Origin: an uncultured Pseudomonadota bacterium
GTDB taxonomy: Bacteria; Pseudomonadota; Alphaproteobacteria; UBA9219
DNA: 64,000 nt
Direction of reading: 5' to 3'
Assembly (NCBI GenBank): GCA_903824505.1
Contig: CAIJXG010000081.1
Coordinates: 40,044 to 104,043, forward strand
The stretch's first letter is position 1. Each line of letters begins with the position of its first letter. A program made the translations under genes and the position numbers. This document shows positions 1-11,325 of the stretch, piece by piece. A model generated the notes under the pieces. It was not told where the DNA came from. It worked only from the letters and a program-made list of their open reading frames with translations, and did no database searches.

Positions 1-32
1 AGTCCATTGATCTCATCGAAGCGACCAACGGC

Positions 33-644
33 TTGCGGCTCTTGGATCAGGGATGCAAAGTTGGGATGGACATTCCGCCCGCCTCCTCTTGTCCTGCGAC
101 GCTTGTTTGGGAACCGAGAACGGGAGGCGCCGTTTCAACAGACCTAATTATCAGGCACACGGGTAAGCTTGGTTTTGCTGTGATCCCCGTTCGCGGTGTG
201 GCGAGTGGTGCGATGAAGGGAGAGTCGTTAAGCAAAGACGAGAAATCCCTGCCGTTGCCTCCGTCTCCAGATGAAATTGCGAAAGCGGTCGGTGCAAAGA
301 TAGGGTCTGTTTTTGCTTCATCTCTGAGCGTGTCCAAACATCATGCTCCGGCGGATCTGACACTTATTGGGACGGTCGGAGCGCGCGCCGTTTTTCTTTT
401 GTCCGATGGAAAGACACGAATCGTTTCGGTTGGCGAAACTTTTAATGCTGCGGGGGCAGCCGTTTCTCTGCTTGCCCTGAGTCCTCGCTTTGCAACCATC
501 TCCGAAAAAGCCGGAAAAAGAACATTGCCCCTTGAATCCTCCCCGGATGTCATCGAGAAAGCCCTGCACTCCACTTCTGGCATGTCAGGCATTTTGGCCG
601 AGGAAGCTGAAGAAAGATCAGACAGCCGGAAGGAGACGCGATGA
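33..644 (+). CDS. Hypothetical periplasmic protein, weakly PilP/GspC HR-domain-like; the N-terminus may lie upstream of the window
   Basis: ORF ending 4 bp inside the downstream GspE start (ATGA overlap). The C-terminal half has an alternating hydrophobic beta-strand pattern (LTLIGTVGARAVFLLSDGKTRIVSVGETF...VSLLAL) like the PilP/GspC homology region. No signal peptide is visible, so the start may be truncated by the window edge. Confidence 0.35.
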   Translation: MRLLDQGCKVGMDIPPASSCPATLVWEPRTGGAVSTDLIIRHTGKLGFAVIPVRGVASGAMKGESLSKDEKSLPLPPSPDEIAKAVGAKIGSVFASSLSVSKHHAPADLTLIGTVGARAVFLLSDGKTRIVSVGETFNAAGAAVSLLALSPRFATISEKAGKRTLPLESSPDVIEKALHSTSGMSGILAEEAEERSDSRKETR

Positions 645-2389
645 GTTCTTCCGAGCTCCCTGCCGACTTTCCAAGCGATTCACTGGCGCTGACGGTCAAG
701 CCAAAGCATTATGATATTGCGACGACTGAACAGGCTATGCGGCGCGCAAATGGCCGCCTTTTTTCAATTGCGGAAATTCTGCGGCACAATGGGTTCCCAG
801 CTCATGTTGCGGACGAACAAGGCCGTACGGAAGCAGGAAACGAGGAGCTGACAATGCAGGCTTTGCGCTTGCATGTCCCCTCCCCTGTTCAGGCCGCTAT
901 GGGACTTTGCCTGCTTGAGCTTCGCAAAGGCATCCTGCGCGTTGCCGTCAGCGATCGTGTCGATGATGCGGATTTTCTCCATATCTCGAACAGCTTAGCT
1001 CAAGCCAAATACAAAGTGGATAAGGTCGAGGTCGAATCGTGGGACCGTGCGGCGCTCTTACGCCTGATGCGTGAACAAAGCGAGATGGCCGGAGATCGAC
1101 TGATTCGCACCTTTGCGGCGTTGTCGCGCGATCCCGACAACGCCATGATGATCGAAGAAGCTGTCCATGATATTTTGGCCGAAGCGCTTCAGAGCCGCAC
1201 GTCCGATATCCATCTGTCTTTGCACGATGATAACGCGCGCTGCTGGATACGCTACCGTGTGGACGGCGATCTTGTTTATAAACACCTCCTACCACATCGC
1301 GTCATGGCGCCTATTGTGACGCGCATCAAGACAGACGCCAAAATGGATGCGGCCGATCGGCAGCGTCCCCAAGACGGGCGTTTGGTGTTCGAATGGCAGG
1401 GGCGCATGATCGATGTGCGGTGTGCGGCGCTGCCTGTGTCACCATCAGGGGAAAAACTGACCTTACGCTTGCTCGATCGCGAAAATTTGCGCTCCTTTGA
1501 TGAGCTTTTCCTGCACGCTCCATCCGTTGGGGAACGACTCAGAAAGGCCATACACGGCCACACAAAGGATGGCGGTCTGATCGTTGTCAGCGGTCCGACG
1601 GGATCCGGAAAATCCACGACTTTGTACGGGATTATTCAGGAAATAGACCGTGCATCACGCGCCGTCTATTCAGTCGAAGCGCCGGTTGAATATGACATGC
1701 CACTGGTAGACCAAACTTCTGTTTCGGACAATTCTGTTAATTCTATTGCCGATATTATTCGCGCGCTGATGCGGCATGATCCGGATGTTATTATTGTCGG
1801 CGAAATGCGCGACAGCGACACGGTCGAGGCCGCTTTGCGCGCCACGGAATCGGGCCACACGGTGATTACGACTGTCCACTCGGTGGACGCGCTGCATACG
1901 CTGGATCGTATCGATGGGTTTCTTACAGCCGCGTACAGAACCAGCGGTCTTTATATTCTGGGGCACGCCTTGATCGCAAGCCTGTCTCAAAGGCTCGTAA
2001 AAACCGTATGTCCTGCCTGCCATACCAAGGATACGGCCCTGTCCATTTATGGAAGCCTTGCGCGATGTGGCGATATCGGGGTGGATCCTTTTGCCTCTTT
2101 GTCTCTGGCCGCTCAGACGGGATGCGATTTATGCAACCACAGCGGATATTTAGGTCGAACTCTTGCCCTAGAAGCTATGTTTCCGCCGGAAGACCAATCC
2201 AGTCGCCGTGCGATTACGGAAATGATGATCTCCAACGTTACGACATCTATTGTTGATGTGCCCGGAACTTTTTACATGCCGCGCCGCCAATCTCTCGTCG
2301 ATCTGATTACACGGAATGCCATCGATGCCCATATGGGAGCCGCCATGTTGATTGAGGAAACAGCAACGAGCACAGGCCGTGGAGGGTAG
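641..2389 (+). CDS. GspE/PilB-family type II secretion / type IV pilus assembly ATPase
   Basis: Walker A VVSGPTGSGKSTTLYGII, Asp box DPDVIIVGEMRD and His box TGHTVITTVHS. C-terminal tetracysteine CPACH...CDLCNHSGY typical of GspE/PilB. 582 aa, which is the size of a full-length GspE. Confidence 0.85.
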   Translation: MSSSELPADFPSDSLALTVKPKHYDIATTEQAMRRANGRLFSIAEILRHNGFPAHVADEQGRTEAGNEELTMQALRLHVPSPVQAAMGLCLLELRKGILRVAVSDRVDDADFLHISNSLAQAKYKVDKVEVESWDRAALLRLMREQSEMAGDRLIRTFAALSRDPDNAMMIEEAVHDILAEALQSRTSDIHLSLHDDNARCWIRYRVDGDLVYKHLLPHRVMAPIVTRIKTDAKMDAADRQRPQDGRLVFEWQGRMIDVRCAALPVSPSGEKLTLRLLDRENLRSFDELFLHAPSVGERLRKAIHGHTKDGGLIVVSGPTGSGKSTTLYGIIQEIDRASRAVYSVEAPVEYDMPLVDQTSVSDNSVNSIADIIRALMRHDPDVIIVGEMRDSDTVEAALRATESGHTVITTVHSVDALHTLDRIDGFLTAAYRTSGLYILGHALIASLSQRLVKTVCPACHTKDTALSIYGSLARCGDIGVDPFASLSLAAQTGCDLCNHSGYLGRTLALEAMFPPEDQSSRRAITEMMISNVTTSIVDVPGTFYMPRRQSLVDLITRNAIDAHMGAAMLIEETATSTGRGG

Positions 2390-2398
2390 AGAGAGCGC

Positions 2399-3616
2399 AT
2401 GAAGCTGTTTCATGCTACATACGCCCATCCCCGTGGCGGCCTCACAGAGGTTCTGGAGGACGCTTTTTATCTTCCCAACGTCATTGCCGTCCGCCGACAG
2501 TTGCGAAACAACGGCTATTATCCGATCTCGATCAAGGAAATCCATAAGCCTCTATTCGAATGGGCGGACGTCCGGACGCGGGCATGGCAGATTCAGCTTT
2601 TGCGCGCACTGCGTTTTCAGGGGGCGACGGCCTCGGCCGGAACGGCACTCCTAAACATCATCGAGGGCGAAACGGATCCACGCCGCCGGATCGCTTTTCT
2701 GCCAACGCGTACTGTTCTGAAAGGGGGAGGGTCTTTTTCGGACGCTCTGCGCGAACTTCACCTTTTGGACGCTGCAACGATGGCGATCATCACAGCAGGC
2801 GAACGGGCAGGCGATTTAAAGGGGGTCATCCAACATGCCATCGAGCATACGGAAGAAAAGAGTAAACATACCAAATTGATTATGACAGCCCTTAGCTGGT
2901 TGTCTTTCGATATTTTGAATATCGTTGGCACTGTTTGGGGCGCTCAATTCGGCTTTATTCCGTATCTTAAAAGTCAAGGTGTCAAGTCAACGGATCCTGC
3001 CGTCCTTGAGCGCTTTAATCACGCTATATCCTTGGCCACTTGGGTTAACATGACTTTGCTTGTTTTCATCACAGGGCTTGTCTTTGGTATTGCGCTCTTT
3101 GTGATTCTCTACTGGATCAATCGCCATAAGCCGGATCACTATACAGCCCGCACGCTTATGCACATGCCCATCATGTCAGCCTATCTCCGCAATGCGAGCT
3201 TGAAAGAAAGCTGCAAGCTCATGCAGCGGCTTCTGAATGGCAAAGTTCCTCTTGCCGAAGCCTTAGACATCATCATTGAAAGCGTCTACGAGCCTGCGGC
3301 GCGGCTGTACTGGACAGGGTGTAAGAAGCAGATCATGGCGGGATCATCTCCTGCCCGCGCTATGGCACGCGCGCCGCTTTTGAAGGGTGAACGGGATCAA
3401 ATCATGACTATTCAATCCATCGATCAGCTCGCTGAAGTTTATGCGGCAATTGCGGAGGAGCGAGGCCTGATGGCAAAAGCAGATCAGAGGCGGCTAGCCT
3501 TGGCCGGCATTATTATCATGATGGTGTTAGCAGGCGCCACGGTCTTGACGATGATCTATCTCCTGATGGTTCAAAATCAGAGCTTTTTGGATAGTCTTAA
3601 AGACCTTCGTTCTTAG
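2399..3616 (+). CDS. GspF/PilC-family inner-membrane platform protein
   Basis: 405 aa, starts 10 bp after the GspE stop. Three hydrophobic TM segments and two repeats of the GspF cytoplasmic domain pattern (e.g. AIITAGERAGDLKGVIQHAIEH). Confidence 0.7.
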   Translation: MKLFHATYAHPRGGLTEVLEDAFYLPNVIAVRRQLRNNGYYPISIKEIHKPLFEWADVRTRAWQIQLLRALRFQGATASAGTALLNIIEGETDPRRRIAFLPTRTVLKGGGSFSDALRELHLLDAATMAIITAGERAGDLKGVIQHAIEHTEEKSKHTKLIMTALSWLSFDILNIVGTVWGAQFGFIPYLKSQGVKSTDPAVLERFNHAISLATWVNMTLLVFITGLVFGIALFVILYWINRHKPDHYTARTLMHMPIMSAYLRNASLKESCKLMQRLLNGKVPLAEALDIIIESVYEPAARLYWTGCKKQIMAGSSPARAMARAPLLKGERDQIMTIQSIDQLAEVYAAIAEERGLMAKADQRRLALAGIIIMMVLAGATVLTMIYLLMVQNQSFLDSLKDLRS

Positions 3617-3642
3617 AAACGACTTGCCAGAAGGATCAGAAA

Positions 3643-4689
3643 ATGACTCTCGCGTCACATATCAAAAACCTCTCCCTTATCTTCCAAGCCCGTAGCGATT
3701 CGGATACGGGGGGCTCTGGGTCTTTTACGGCAGAGGTAACGGAATCTTCGGCCAGTCTGGGACGGGCTCTTTTTGGGGTGTTGAGCTTACCGGTGGAGCT
3801 TTACGTTCCCCCCGATATCATCGGGGGCACCTGCCCACGCATTCGCGGTCAGGAACATGAGGTCGTTTGGCATGCGGCGGCTGAAGCCTGTGACAGTGAG
3901 CGCATTCATACTGTCTGGCAATCGGCGGGAAACAGAACATGGTATTTTGCAATCCGGTCAGATTCCTTAGCCTCTCATCCGAACTCATGGTGTCCGCTGG
4001 CTGCCTTATTGGCCACGGTTCAAAAAAAAGAAGCGTTGCCAGCCTGTTATACCTATTATGAGGAGGAGATGGCTATGATTGTTGTCCTGACCTCCGATGA
4101 ATTAAATGTTTTCAGGGGCACTGCGCCGGTGATCAAGGCCAAAACAGAGAGAATTTTGAAAGAGCTTAGCCTTGCCTCCGCCATCACCTTGGATCCTTAT
4201 CAGGTTGAACAGTTAAAACCTGTGCCATGGTTTTCGGCATCGCTCTTCGAAGATAGGGCGCGGCGGGGTTTGTCCGCTTTCTCTGCTTTGGCCGCTTTAG
4301 CTGTGATCTCGATTTCCTTCTTGGTTTGGGTCCTTGCCAGCCTCGCCACGCTCAGCGCCCATAGCGACTTGAGCGAGGCAATCCGCATGACGCAGATAAA
4401 ATCCTTGCAACTGATTCAAGAAGCGGATACCGCGCGGTTTAGTCCGGTCCGTCGTCAGCTTGGGGCGCTGCTGGCTGTGAATGACGCGCTGCTTGACTTG
4501 AACGGCTATCTAACCATTTATGAAGTAAAAGAGGGAGTTATTCGCTGGCGTGCGCTTGTGCCGCCAAGCGCGACGGGTGAGCGGATTGTAGCGATTGGAG
4601 GCAAGAATATTGGTCCTTCAGATGATGGGATTGTGATCGGCAACGATGCTGAAATCGAGTATGAAGCCGCACATAAAGGAGGCAAGTAA
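3643..4689 (+). CDS. Bitopic membrane protein with GspL / PilM-PilN-like architecture (cytoplasmic domain, one TM, periplasmic domain)
   Basis: 348 aa. An N-terminal soluble domain of about 215 aa, a single TM (LSAFSALAALAVISISFLVWVLASLATL) and a C-terminal domain of about 110 aa. Position immediately after GspF matches gspL/pilMN placement. Confidence 0.4.
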   Translation: MTLASHIKNLSLIFQARSDSDTGGSGSFTAEVTESSASLGRALFGVLSLPVELYVPPDIIGGTCPRIRGQEHEVVWHAAAEACDSERIHTVWQSAGNRTWYFAIRSDSLASHPNSWCPLAALLATVQKKEALPACYTYYEEEMAMIVVLTSDELNVFRGTAPVIKAKTERILKELSLASAITLDPYQVEQLKPVPWFSASLFEDRARRGLSAFSALAALAVISISFLVWVLASLATLSAHSDLSEAIRMTQIKSLQLIQEADTARFSPVRRQLGALLAVNDALLDLNGYLTIYEVKEGVIRWRALVPPSATGERIVAIGGKNIGPSDDGIVIGNDAEIEYEAAHKGGK

Positions 4690-5201
4690 TGAATGGCGAT
4701 ATCCGCGTTTTTCTCCGCTTCTTCTCGACTCGGCTTTTCGTGCGTTTTTTTCAAACGCAAGATAAGGCGTTGTCCGTTGTCTTGGGAATTTGCTGGGCGA
4801 CGGCACTGGCTATTCTGACGTTGTCGACCTATGCCGTGCACAATGCTGCGACAACACGCAAGGAGGCCGCGACAGCGCTGGTCTCCCAACCGCATCTTCC
4901 TGTGATCAACACGAAACCCTTGGAAGAGCGTGATGTTCAAATCGCCGCAGATCGGTTGAGTCGCCAGTTCGCGAACCTCAAATTCGATGTTCTCAGGGAT
5001 CAAAAGCTTATCCGGATAACATCAAACGATGGAACGCACTTCAATGACTGGGTCTCCGCTGTAGCCTATCTCGACACGATGGCACCCGATATGCATTGGC
5101 AGCTCACATCCCTTTGCGTAGGCAGCTGTAGCGACTCGACCCTTATGTCGGCGACTATTGCGGGGGAGAAAAAAACCTACACCTTGCCGAAAGCGAAGTA
5201 A
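4689..5201 (+). CDS. GspM/PilO-like small bitopic membrane protein
   Basis: 170 aa with an N-terminal TM (ALSVVLGICWATALAILTLSTYAV) and then a periplasmic domain. Start overlaps the stop of the upstream gene. Confidence 0.35.
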   Translation: MNGDIRVFLRFFSTRLFVRFFQTQDKALSVVLGICWATALAILTLSTYAVHNAATTRKEAATALVSQPHLPVINTKPLEERDVQIAADRLSRQFANLKFDVLRDQKLIRITSNDGTHFNDWVSAVAYLDTMAPDMHWQLTSLCVGSCSDSTLMSATIAGEKKTYTLPKAK

Positions 5202-5363
5202 TTTTTGTGAAAACGAAACAAGCGGATTAGTTAAAAGTGCCATAATCTTCTCCCCTTGTTGAAGAAGCTCCTGAATATAGAGCAATGGGGGTCGATTTAG
5301 GCGGGATTATATCGCAAGTCAAGCGGCGGCTTAACTTTTTAAGGGTTAAATCCCTTTCCGAGA

Positions 5364-6530
<1,167 letters not shown>

Positions 6531-6546
6531 TTAACAAATCGTAAAC
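6531..6546 (-). promoter_or_regulatory. Putative CtrA-type box (TTTA-N7-TTAA on the minus strand) about 30 bp upstream of the ccrM start, with GANTC sites at 6515-6519 and 6564-6568
   Basis: Sequence ttaacaaatcgtaaac read on the minus strand gives TTTACGATTTGTTAA, close to the TTAA-N7-TTAA consensus. Two GANTC motifs (GAATC and GATTC) sit in the same 90-bp leader. Confidence 0.3.
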
Positions 6547-6548
6547 AA

Positions 6549-6580
6549 CCCGCCTTCTCTCCGATTCAAGAGAAGGCGGG
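6549..6580 (-). terminator. Intrinsic terminator hairpin downstream of rplY (12-bp perfect stem, 8-nt loop, T-rich tail on the minus strand)
   Basis: cccgccttctct / agagaaggcggg is a perfect inverted repeat. On the minus strand it is followed by ttgtttacgatttg. It lies between the rplY stop and the ccrM start. Confidence 0.5.
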
Positions 6581-6601
6581 ATTGAGATCATTTATTGATT
6601 T

Positions 6602-7306
6602 TTACTTCTTCTTCGCGGGAGCTGCCTGAGCCGCTTTGGCGGGAGCTGCCGCTTTTGCTCCTGCCGCCGGTGCTGCAGCTGCGGAAGCCGGAGTCGCCGA
6701 GGCTTCCGTTGTAACCGCCTGATCGACTTCCGAACGGATGGCGGACGGCACAGCGATGGTCGCGATCGTAAAGTCCCGTTCATGCGTGACGAGCGTCACA
6801 TCTGTCGGCAGTTTCAATGCACTGAGGTGGATCGCGTCATTAACCTGCAACCCGTCCAGAGTAACTTCAAAACGCGGGGGGATCTTGTCGGGCGCGCACA
6901 GCACCTCGATTTGATGATGCACGATATTCAAGGTGCCGCCGCGTTTGATGCCCGGGGATTTTTCAGGGTTGATAAAGGCGACAGGCACGGATACGCGCAC
7001 ACGCGTATGGGTGGAGACGCGCAGAAAATCCACATGCAGAGGACGATCACTGACCGGATCGAACTGCACATCGCGCGGCAGAACGCGGTGCTTCTGACCG
7101 TCAATCTCAAGATCAAACAAATGGGTCATAAAGCCCGGGGCGTCCAGATAGCGCACCAGAATCTTGTTCTCAACCGCAATCAAAAGCGGCGTTTTCTTGT
7201 CGCCATAAATAACGGCCGGCACATAGCCCTTAGCGCGAATGGCGCTGACAGCGCCTTTGGTGCTTTTCGTCCGCGCTTGAGCGGCAAAAGTGGTGATTTG
7301 GGTCAT
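6602..7306 (-). CDS. rplY: 50S ribosomal protein L25 / general stress protein Ctc
   Basis: N-terminus MTQITTFAAQARTKSTKGAVSAIRAKGYVPAVIYG is typical of L25/Ctc. The C-terminal Ala/Lys-rich tail is common in alphaproteobacterial Ctc. Confidence 0.85.
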   Translation of the reverse strand: MTQITTFAAQARTKSTKGAVSAIRAKGYVPAVIYGDKKTPLLIAVENKILVRYLDAPGFMTHLFDLEIDGQKHRVLPRDVQFDPVSDRPLHVDFLRVSTHTRVRVSVPVAFINPEKSPGIKRGGTLNIVHHQIEVLCAPDKIPPRFEVTLDGLQVNDAIHLSALKLPTDVTLVTHERDFTIATIAVPSAIRSEVDQAVTTEASATPASAAAAPAAGAKAAAPAKAAQAAPAKKK

Positions 7307-7501
7307 AACGCTCTCTCCTTAGGATGATGAAAACAGGAGAGAACGGGGAAAGAGGCGGTTCCGTGATCCGCTTTTCCGAGCCTTCCCCTGTGGGCCTTGT
7401 CGCGCCGTTAACATTGCGGAGCCTCCAGGGGTGCTGCCGCGACGCAAGGGGCTTGTAGCAGCTTCTTTCTTGTAACGCCAAGGGAATTTTAGCTCTTTGT
7501 C

Positions 7502-7906
7502 CTATGGCGCGGCGACAATCCGCCCACTTCCGATTTCATAGATTTGGTTGGGATGAAGGGTGATGTCTTTATCGACTTTCGTACCCCCGTCGCCCCCCTT
7601 ATCCTCGCCCTGCCAGCGCAGACGGACCGTGTCGGGGGTCACAGAGAGAATCCGCAAGTCAGATCGTCGCGTCTCGGGTGTCCATCGCTCTCCCTGTAGC
7701 CAGAGAGTCCAGTCATTGGGATCGCTATAAAAAATGGCTCCAAGACGAAGATCCCCCTGACCCATCGGCGCATTTTTAAAGGCTAGTTTCTCAGCCACGC
7801 GCGTTTCCTCCGGCGTGAAAAAAAGAGAGGTCTCGGGGGGAGATTCCGCACGCGCGAAACCGGACAAAAGAAGAAGCGCGAGGGAAAGCGCATATAAGCT
7901 TTTCAT
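7502..7906 (-). CDS. Secreted small protein, weakly PilP/GspC HR-domain-like
   Basis: Signal peptide MKSLYALSLALLLLSGFARA, then a beta-rich domain (LRLGAIFYSDPNDWTLWLQGE...LRILSVTPDTVRLRW). Last gene of the minus-strand GspF-L-M block. Confidence 0.35.
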   Translation of the reverse strand: MKSLYALSLALLLLSGFARAESPPETSLFFTPEETRVAEKLAFKNAPMGQGDLRLGAIFYSDPNDWTLWLQGERWTPETRRSDLRILSVTPDTVRLRWQGEDKGGDGGTKVDKDITLHPNQIYEIGSGRIVAAP

Positions 7907-8508
7907 GGGCGCTTTTCTTCCAAATGGGGGTTTGCGCCGTTTGACAACCAATTGCCCTCGGCGGTCAGATGCACATTAGAGGCCGTTACGCTTCCTTCAG
8001 CCGTTGGAAGGCGCGTGACGCTTAAGGTCTGAAAAGTCACGCGCCCGGGCAAGGTATGACGGACAGAGTCCAAAAAACGATACGCGTCTTTATCTGTGGG
8101 GGCGTCGGCGTTCAGCGTGATTTTACTGCAAGCGAGATTTTGTTTTTCCGCACTGGGCGTATCAATGACAACTTTTTCTTCCGGCGCGATGGTATAGATC
8201 AGATGAGTCAGATGCGCCTCAACCGCCCGTCTTTCTAGACTTTGGGCAACGCGGAGGCGATCGACAGGTGGCAGGGCATCCTCAGCCTCTTTGTCCGTGA
8301 TCTGCCGTTTTAGTTTTTCCGTTGCCGCAATATCTTCTTGAAGCTGAGAGAGCGCCTGTCGGTTCTTCAGAATCTCTGTTCGCAGATGGGCGCGCTTGGA
8401 GGCCGCCTCCTGTTGCGCGAAAGTCAAAAGAGGCTGCGCCGTTGCCCCAATCAAAAGTGCAAGGGCCAACAGAAAAAGCCAGAGGCGATGGCGTTTGAAT
8501 TTACTCAT
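7903..8508 (-). CDS. GspM/PilO-like bitopic membrane protein
   Basis: 201 aa with an N-terminal TM (LWLFLLALALLIGATA), a coiled-coil segment and a periplasmic domain. Overlaps its neighbours by a few bp, which suggests an operon. Confidence 0.4.
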   Translation of the reverse strand: MSKFKRHRLWLFLLALALLIGATAQPLLTFAQQEAASKRAHLRTEILKNRQALSQLQEDIAATEKLKRQITDKEAEDALPPVDRLRVAQSLERRAVEAHLTHLIYTIAPEEKVVIDTPSAEKQNLACSKITLNADAPTDKDAYRFLDSVRHTLPGRVTFQTLSVTRLPTAEGSVTASNVHLTAEGNWLSNGANPHLEEKRP

Positions 8509-10039
8509 GCGTCCCTCTTTGTCCGGGCCGTTGCAGCGTGATTTCCGTCGTGGGGGCGTCCATTTTTTGGCTTGTGTCGGGCGCTACGGAATCCTGAGGC
8601 CGCGCCGGATAGGGCGGTTTTGTCACGCTTATCTGGTAATCGGGCATCGCATGGGCGATTCGTGCGGCTGCGGTGTCAAAAACAGCTTGCGCGTCGGCAC
8701 GTTCAGGTTTGGCGCCATCTGTCAGAACGGTGAAAGAGAGGGTAAAAATCTCTGGCGCGGACGAGTCCACCTGTGTCCATGTCACGCCTTCGAGTCGAAG
8801 AGGCTTTCCAAGCCCCAAGGTCAGCTCGCGCAGCCCATGCCATGGCAGGGGCGTTTGTTCTTCATAAATATGTTTGCGGGCGACGGCCGCGCGCAGCTTG
8901 CCCAAAGGCGCGGTTTCGGGTGCGGCTTGTTGTTGGGTTTCAGCCAAAGTCTGCCGACTTTCTGTCAGAGCCGATAAATCCTTGTGGGTTTTGGAAAGGG
9001 TTGAGATCAAATCTCCGGCCTGCGCCAGCGTAAGGCCGATCACGGCGATGAGCGCTCCCACCGCCAGCCGTAACCCCCAGAATTGGAGGATTTGATGCCG
9101 CCTCTGTATGCGTGTTGAGGACATCATCAACCCCAATACGGGACGGCGCGTCAGAATTTGTGCCGCAAAAAGTAGATCCGAATCCAAAGCTGCTGGCGGC
9201 GGCGCAAAGGGCAGCGCCAGTTTTTGAGCCGCATCAAAAGGCGAAAGGAAACGAATGAGCCGCAAGGGCATATCGGCAAAAGCCGTTGTTCCGCTTGCTG
9301 ACTCTGGCCATAAGAGCAGCAAAGCGAGATCCTTGGATGTTGGCAGCCCGTAACGCGTAAGATAATCAAGGCTCGCACGGATATCGCGGGCGGCGGTTTC
9401 GGTTTCCTCGCCAACGGAAGGCAGCGGCGTAAGACGCGTGAAAACCAGATTCCCGCGATAGGTCACAATTTGCCGCAGACCGCCTGTTTTTTGACGGCTG
9501 ACCATCATGGCCCAGCTCTGCGCCGCTTCGGGCATCAACCGCGTCAAGAGAGGCGCTCCTTCGATGGGCAACAAACACAAGGTGGGAAGCCGATCACGGA
9601 GCCTCTCTTCCCACGCAAAAATCGGATTGTTTTCCTGTAGGCCAACCAACAAAATGCGATGGGAATCGTGGCGGAAGGCGCGTTGCGCCGTCAGTCGCGC
9701 CTGAGGAAAATTTTGTTTCAAGCGCCTGTCAATCAAGCGAGCGCGATCCAGAAAATTTAAGCGCGGAACCGTGTCGCAGCGGTAATCTTGCGCCAGATTA
9801 TCGGCGCATAGGATCAGTCGCGCCTTGGGATATGCTGCGATAAGATCCAAAATCTCTTCCGACAAACGGTTCGGCACAGTCCGTGTGATAAAAGGCATGG
9901 CATCAGGAATACCACAGGGAATCGTCGCGATCCCGTCATCACCGATTACCAAAAGGATCGTGGGCGCGGTCCTCACATCTGGCCTCCCAAAATTGCCAAA
10001 CCGCCATACAAAGGGCCGAGCATCGCCGCGACAGTCCAT
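8501..10039 (-). CDS. GspL / PilM-PilN-fusion-like bitopic membrane protein
   Basis: 512 aa. A cytoplasmic domain of about 300 aa, a single TM (LRLAVGALIAVIGLTLAQAG) and a periplasmic domain of about 170 aa. The annotated start overlaps the upstream GspF by 66 bp, so the true start may be the internal Met (MPFITR) near 9898. Confidence 0.4.
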   Translation of the reverse strand: MDCRGDARPFVWRFGNFGRPDVRTAPTILLVIGDDGIATIPCGIPDAMPFITRTVPNRLSEEILDLIAAYPKARLILCADNLAQDYRCDTVPRLNFLDRARLIDRRLKQNFPQARLTAQRAFRHDSHRILLVGLQENNPIFAWEERLRDRLPTLCLLPIEGAPLLTRLMPEAAQSWAMMVSRQKTGGLRQIVTYRGNLVFTRLTPLPSVGEETETAARDIRASLDYLTRYGLPTSKDLALLLLWPESASGTTAFADMPLRLIRFLSPFDAAQKLALPFAPPPAALDSDLLFAAQILTRRPVLGLMMSSTRIQRRHQILQFWGLRLAVGALIAVIGLTLAQAGDLISTLSKTHKDLSALTESRQTLAETQQQAAPETAPLGKLRAAVARKHIYEEQTPLPWHGLRELTLGLGKPLRLEGVTWTQVDSSAPEIFTLSFTVLTDGAKPERADAQAVFDTAAARIAHAMPDYQISVTKPPYPARPQDSVAPDTSQKMDAPTTEITLQRPGQRGTHE

Positions 10040-11325
10040 GCCAGAAGCCCCCCGATGGCCAGAGTCAATGCGGGTTCTAAAACCCCAATAAAGGTATCGC
10101 TAGCGGCTTGCGCTTCTCTCTCACAAGTCTGGGCGATATCGGCGAGCGCTTTATCCAACGCCCCGCTTTTCTCGCCCACACGCAGGACTCCCATGGCAAA
10201 GGGCGGTAGAACTCCGCTTAAAGCGATCGACAGAGACGCGCCTGAAAGAACGCGTTCTTCCGCATGCTGAAGACCCAAGCGCAGGGCTTTATTCGTCACA
10301 GTGGCAGCAGCCTTGTCCATACAGTCCGGCACGGCACAACCGCTGCGGAACAAGAGCAGAAAGCTTTGGGCAAAGCGCGCTAACGAGGCTTTCGTGATAA
10401 CCATTCCGACAAAAGGCAGCTTCAGGACAACGGCATCGCTCGCGCGCGCAAAAGAAGGGAACAACCACCGCCCGATGAACAAGCCGCCAAGCAGCAAAAG
10501 AAGAAAAATAAACAAATCCAATCCGCTTTGTGTCACCAGATTCGATAGGCCAATCAAAAGACGCGTCGATAAAGGCAGATGCCCTTGTAAACTGGTTAGA
10601 AACAGAGCCACCTGTGGCACAACGGTGGCGAGCATAAAAACAGACGCGCCCCCTGCGATAAACACTAAAAAGATGGGATAGCGCAACGCACGCCGCATCT
10701 TCTCCTGCGTTTCGGCGCGAGTCCCTGCATAACGCGCTAGAAAGCCAAAAACACTTTCCATATCGCCACTTGTTTCACCTGCGGCCAACAGTGCCGTTAC
10801 AAGCGGCGGGAATAGGCGTGGATAGAGCGCAAAGGATTCCGAGATTCCGCCCCCATGGGCAATCGCTTGCCCGATTTGGCGCAGCGCATCGCGCAAAAGG
10901 GCCGAGGGCGTTGCCTCCATCACAGAAGTCAAGGAATCAGGGAAAGAAAGACCTGCTTGCAATAAATCATGCATCCGGCTGCAGAAAGCCGCGAGCAAAC
11001 GGGGGGGCAGACTCCGCCGCCGTTTCGCCAAACCAAAGGTGAGGGGATGCTCTTCTCGCGCTTGGATCAGCTCCATCCCCGCCGCGCTGAGGTAATGGGC
11101 CAGCTCAGGCTCGCTTGCCGCGCCCATTCGTCCCGAGGCAACGCGTCCAGACGTCTGATCAACAGCACGATAAGCGTAAGAAGGCATGGGCGTTCTGTCA
11201 GACCAGAGTATGCACCCCCACTTTTTGCGGTATTTTTGCCTGAACATCAAGTCAACAATCCTGTTGATGGGGCGATTTATCGCGTTGATGAGCGGCGAGG
11301 GTTTCTGGTTGAAGGTCAACATCAA
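9973..11325 (-). CDS. GspF/PilC-family inner-membrane platform protein (second paralogue)
   Basis: 450 aa with the typical GspF pattern (SFPDSLTSVMEATPSALLRDALRQIGQAIAHGGGISESFALYPRLFPPLVTALLAAGETSGDMESVFGFLARY) and three TM segments. Confidence 0.72.
   Translation of the reverse strand: MMLTFNQKPSPLINAINRPINRIVDLMFRQKYRKKWGCILWSDRTPMPSYAYRAVDQTSGRVASGRMGAASEPELAHYLSAAGMELIQAREEHPLTFGLAKRRRSLPPRLLAAFCSRMHDLLQAGLSFPDSLTSVMEATPSALLRDALRQIGQAIAHGGGISESFALYPRLFPPLVTALLAAGETSGDMESVFGFLARYAGTRAETQEKMRRALRYPIFLVFIAGGASVFMLATVVPQVALFLTSLQGHLPLSTRLLIGLSNLVTQSGLDLFIFLLLLLGGLFIGRWLFPSFARASDAVVLKLPFVGMVITKASLARFAQSFLLLFRSGCAVPDCMDKAAATVTNKALRLGLQHAEERVLSGASLSIALSGVLPPFAMGVLRVGEKSGALDKALADIAQTCEREAQAASDTFIGVLEPALTLAIGGLLAWTVAAMLGPLYGGLAILGGQM

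Noticed and set aside
1670..2023. Numerous antisense or overlapping ORFs in the track (e.g. 1670-2023 minus, 5670-6155 plus, 27244-28041 plus, 47583-48413 minus, 60909-61598 minus, 41904-43115 minus)
   Set aside because: Each lies wholly inside a well-supported conserved gene on the opposite strand (gspE, ccrM, a hypothetical gene, dnaK, dsbA-like, carB). They are the expected artefacts of GC-rich DNA.
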